The notes beneath the pieces are model-generated. The model was not told the DNA's origin and searched no databases. It saw only the letters and a program-made list of their open reading frames with translations. Below are positions 63,969 to 64,000 of a DNA stretch of 64,000 bases, piece by piece (position 1 is the first letter of the stretch; the number at the start of each line of letters is the position of its first letter). The position numbers were made by a program, and so were the translations under genes. The stretch comes from Bacillota bacterium (GTDB lineage Bacteria > Bacillota > Clostridia > Christensenellales > SZUA-584): contig JAEYZN010000031.1 of NCBI GenBank assembly GCA_023428025.1, forward strand, positions 8,948 to 72,947, in the 5' to 3' direction.

Positions 63969-64000
63969 CCGCATCAATATAAACAACAAAAGGGGTAAGG

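Noticed and set aside
1-64000. I scanned the whole window for CRISPR arrays, rRNA genes, intact transposases or integrases, toxin-antitoxin pairs and known defence-system signatures.
   Set aside because: I found no regularly spaced short repeats, no rRNA-like conserved blocks and no intact mobility or defence genes. Only the fragments listed above are present.

Overview
This 64-kb chromosomal segment looks like a Gram-positive, Clostridia-type genome. The evidence is GGAGG ribosome-binding sites, lipoprotein solute-binding proteins and a YesM/YesN-type two-component system; the exact taxon cannot be determined from the sequence alone. The backbone is GC-rich and is interrupted by AT-richer inserts. 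From left to right the window contains: (1) a window-truncated VOC gene and an AT-rich lipoprotein gene. (2) A LacI-linked rare-sugar locus at 2.1-13.3 kb, encoding a Zn-ADH, an ABC importer, a D-psicose/D-tagatose 3-epimerase-family enzyme, a VOC protein, an SDR, an AraA-like isomerase and a D-lyxose isomerase. (3) An approximately 22.8-kb lower-GC island at 13.5-36.3 kb, inserted in the 3' end of tRNA-Ser(UGA) and bounded by a 21-nt direct repeat of the tRNA end. The island carries only decayed mobility genes: IS110, SF1-helicase and serine-recombinase fragments. Its cargo is a sensor kinase / AraC-type response regulator / binding-protein trio, an ABC importer with three binding proteins, three FucI/AraA-like isomerase paralogues, and an RhaM-RhaA-LyxK-AraD/SgbE-SgbU gene set. 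That set reads as an L-lyxose/L-xylulose route rather than a rhamnose route, and its last gene is frameshifted. (4) A PocR-AraC regulator with an orphan corrinoid protein, def with a polyacidic tail, a FakA/YloV fragment, an HD protein, an unknown protein coupled to a rifampicin-phosphotransferase-like PEP-utilising enzyme, and a small AT-rich patch (NUDIX gene plus IS110 remnant) behind a perfect 21-bp hairpin. (5) DUF2179, LOG and ACT genes, followed by three tandem lipoprotein serpin paralogues whose scaffolds are nearly identical but whose reactive-centre loops differ (46.5-50.3 kb). (6) A patatin-like lipase, a sodium:solute symporter, an XRE-regulator patch, tkt, a NusG_II-Gx-YugP operon, TetR plus a heterodimeric ABC exporter, a PHP protein and a zinc-ribbon membrane protein. 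I saw no rRNA, no CRISPR array and no intact transposase or integrase. Many long ORF-track entries are antisense shadow ORFs of GC-rich genes. All family calls rest on motif recognition by eye and have not been checked against any database.
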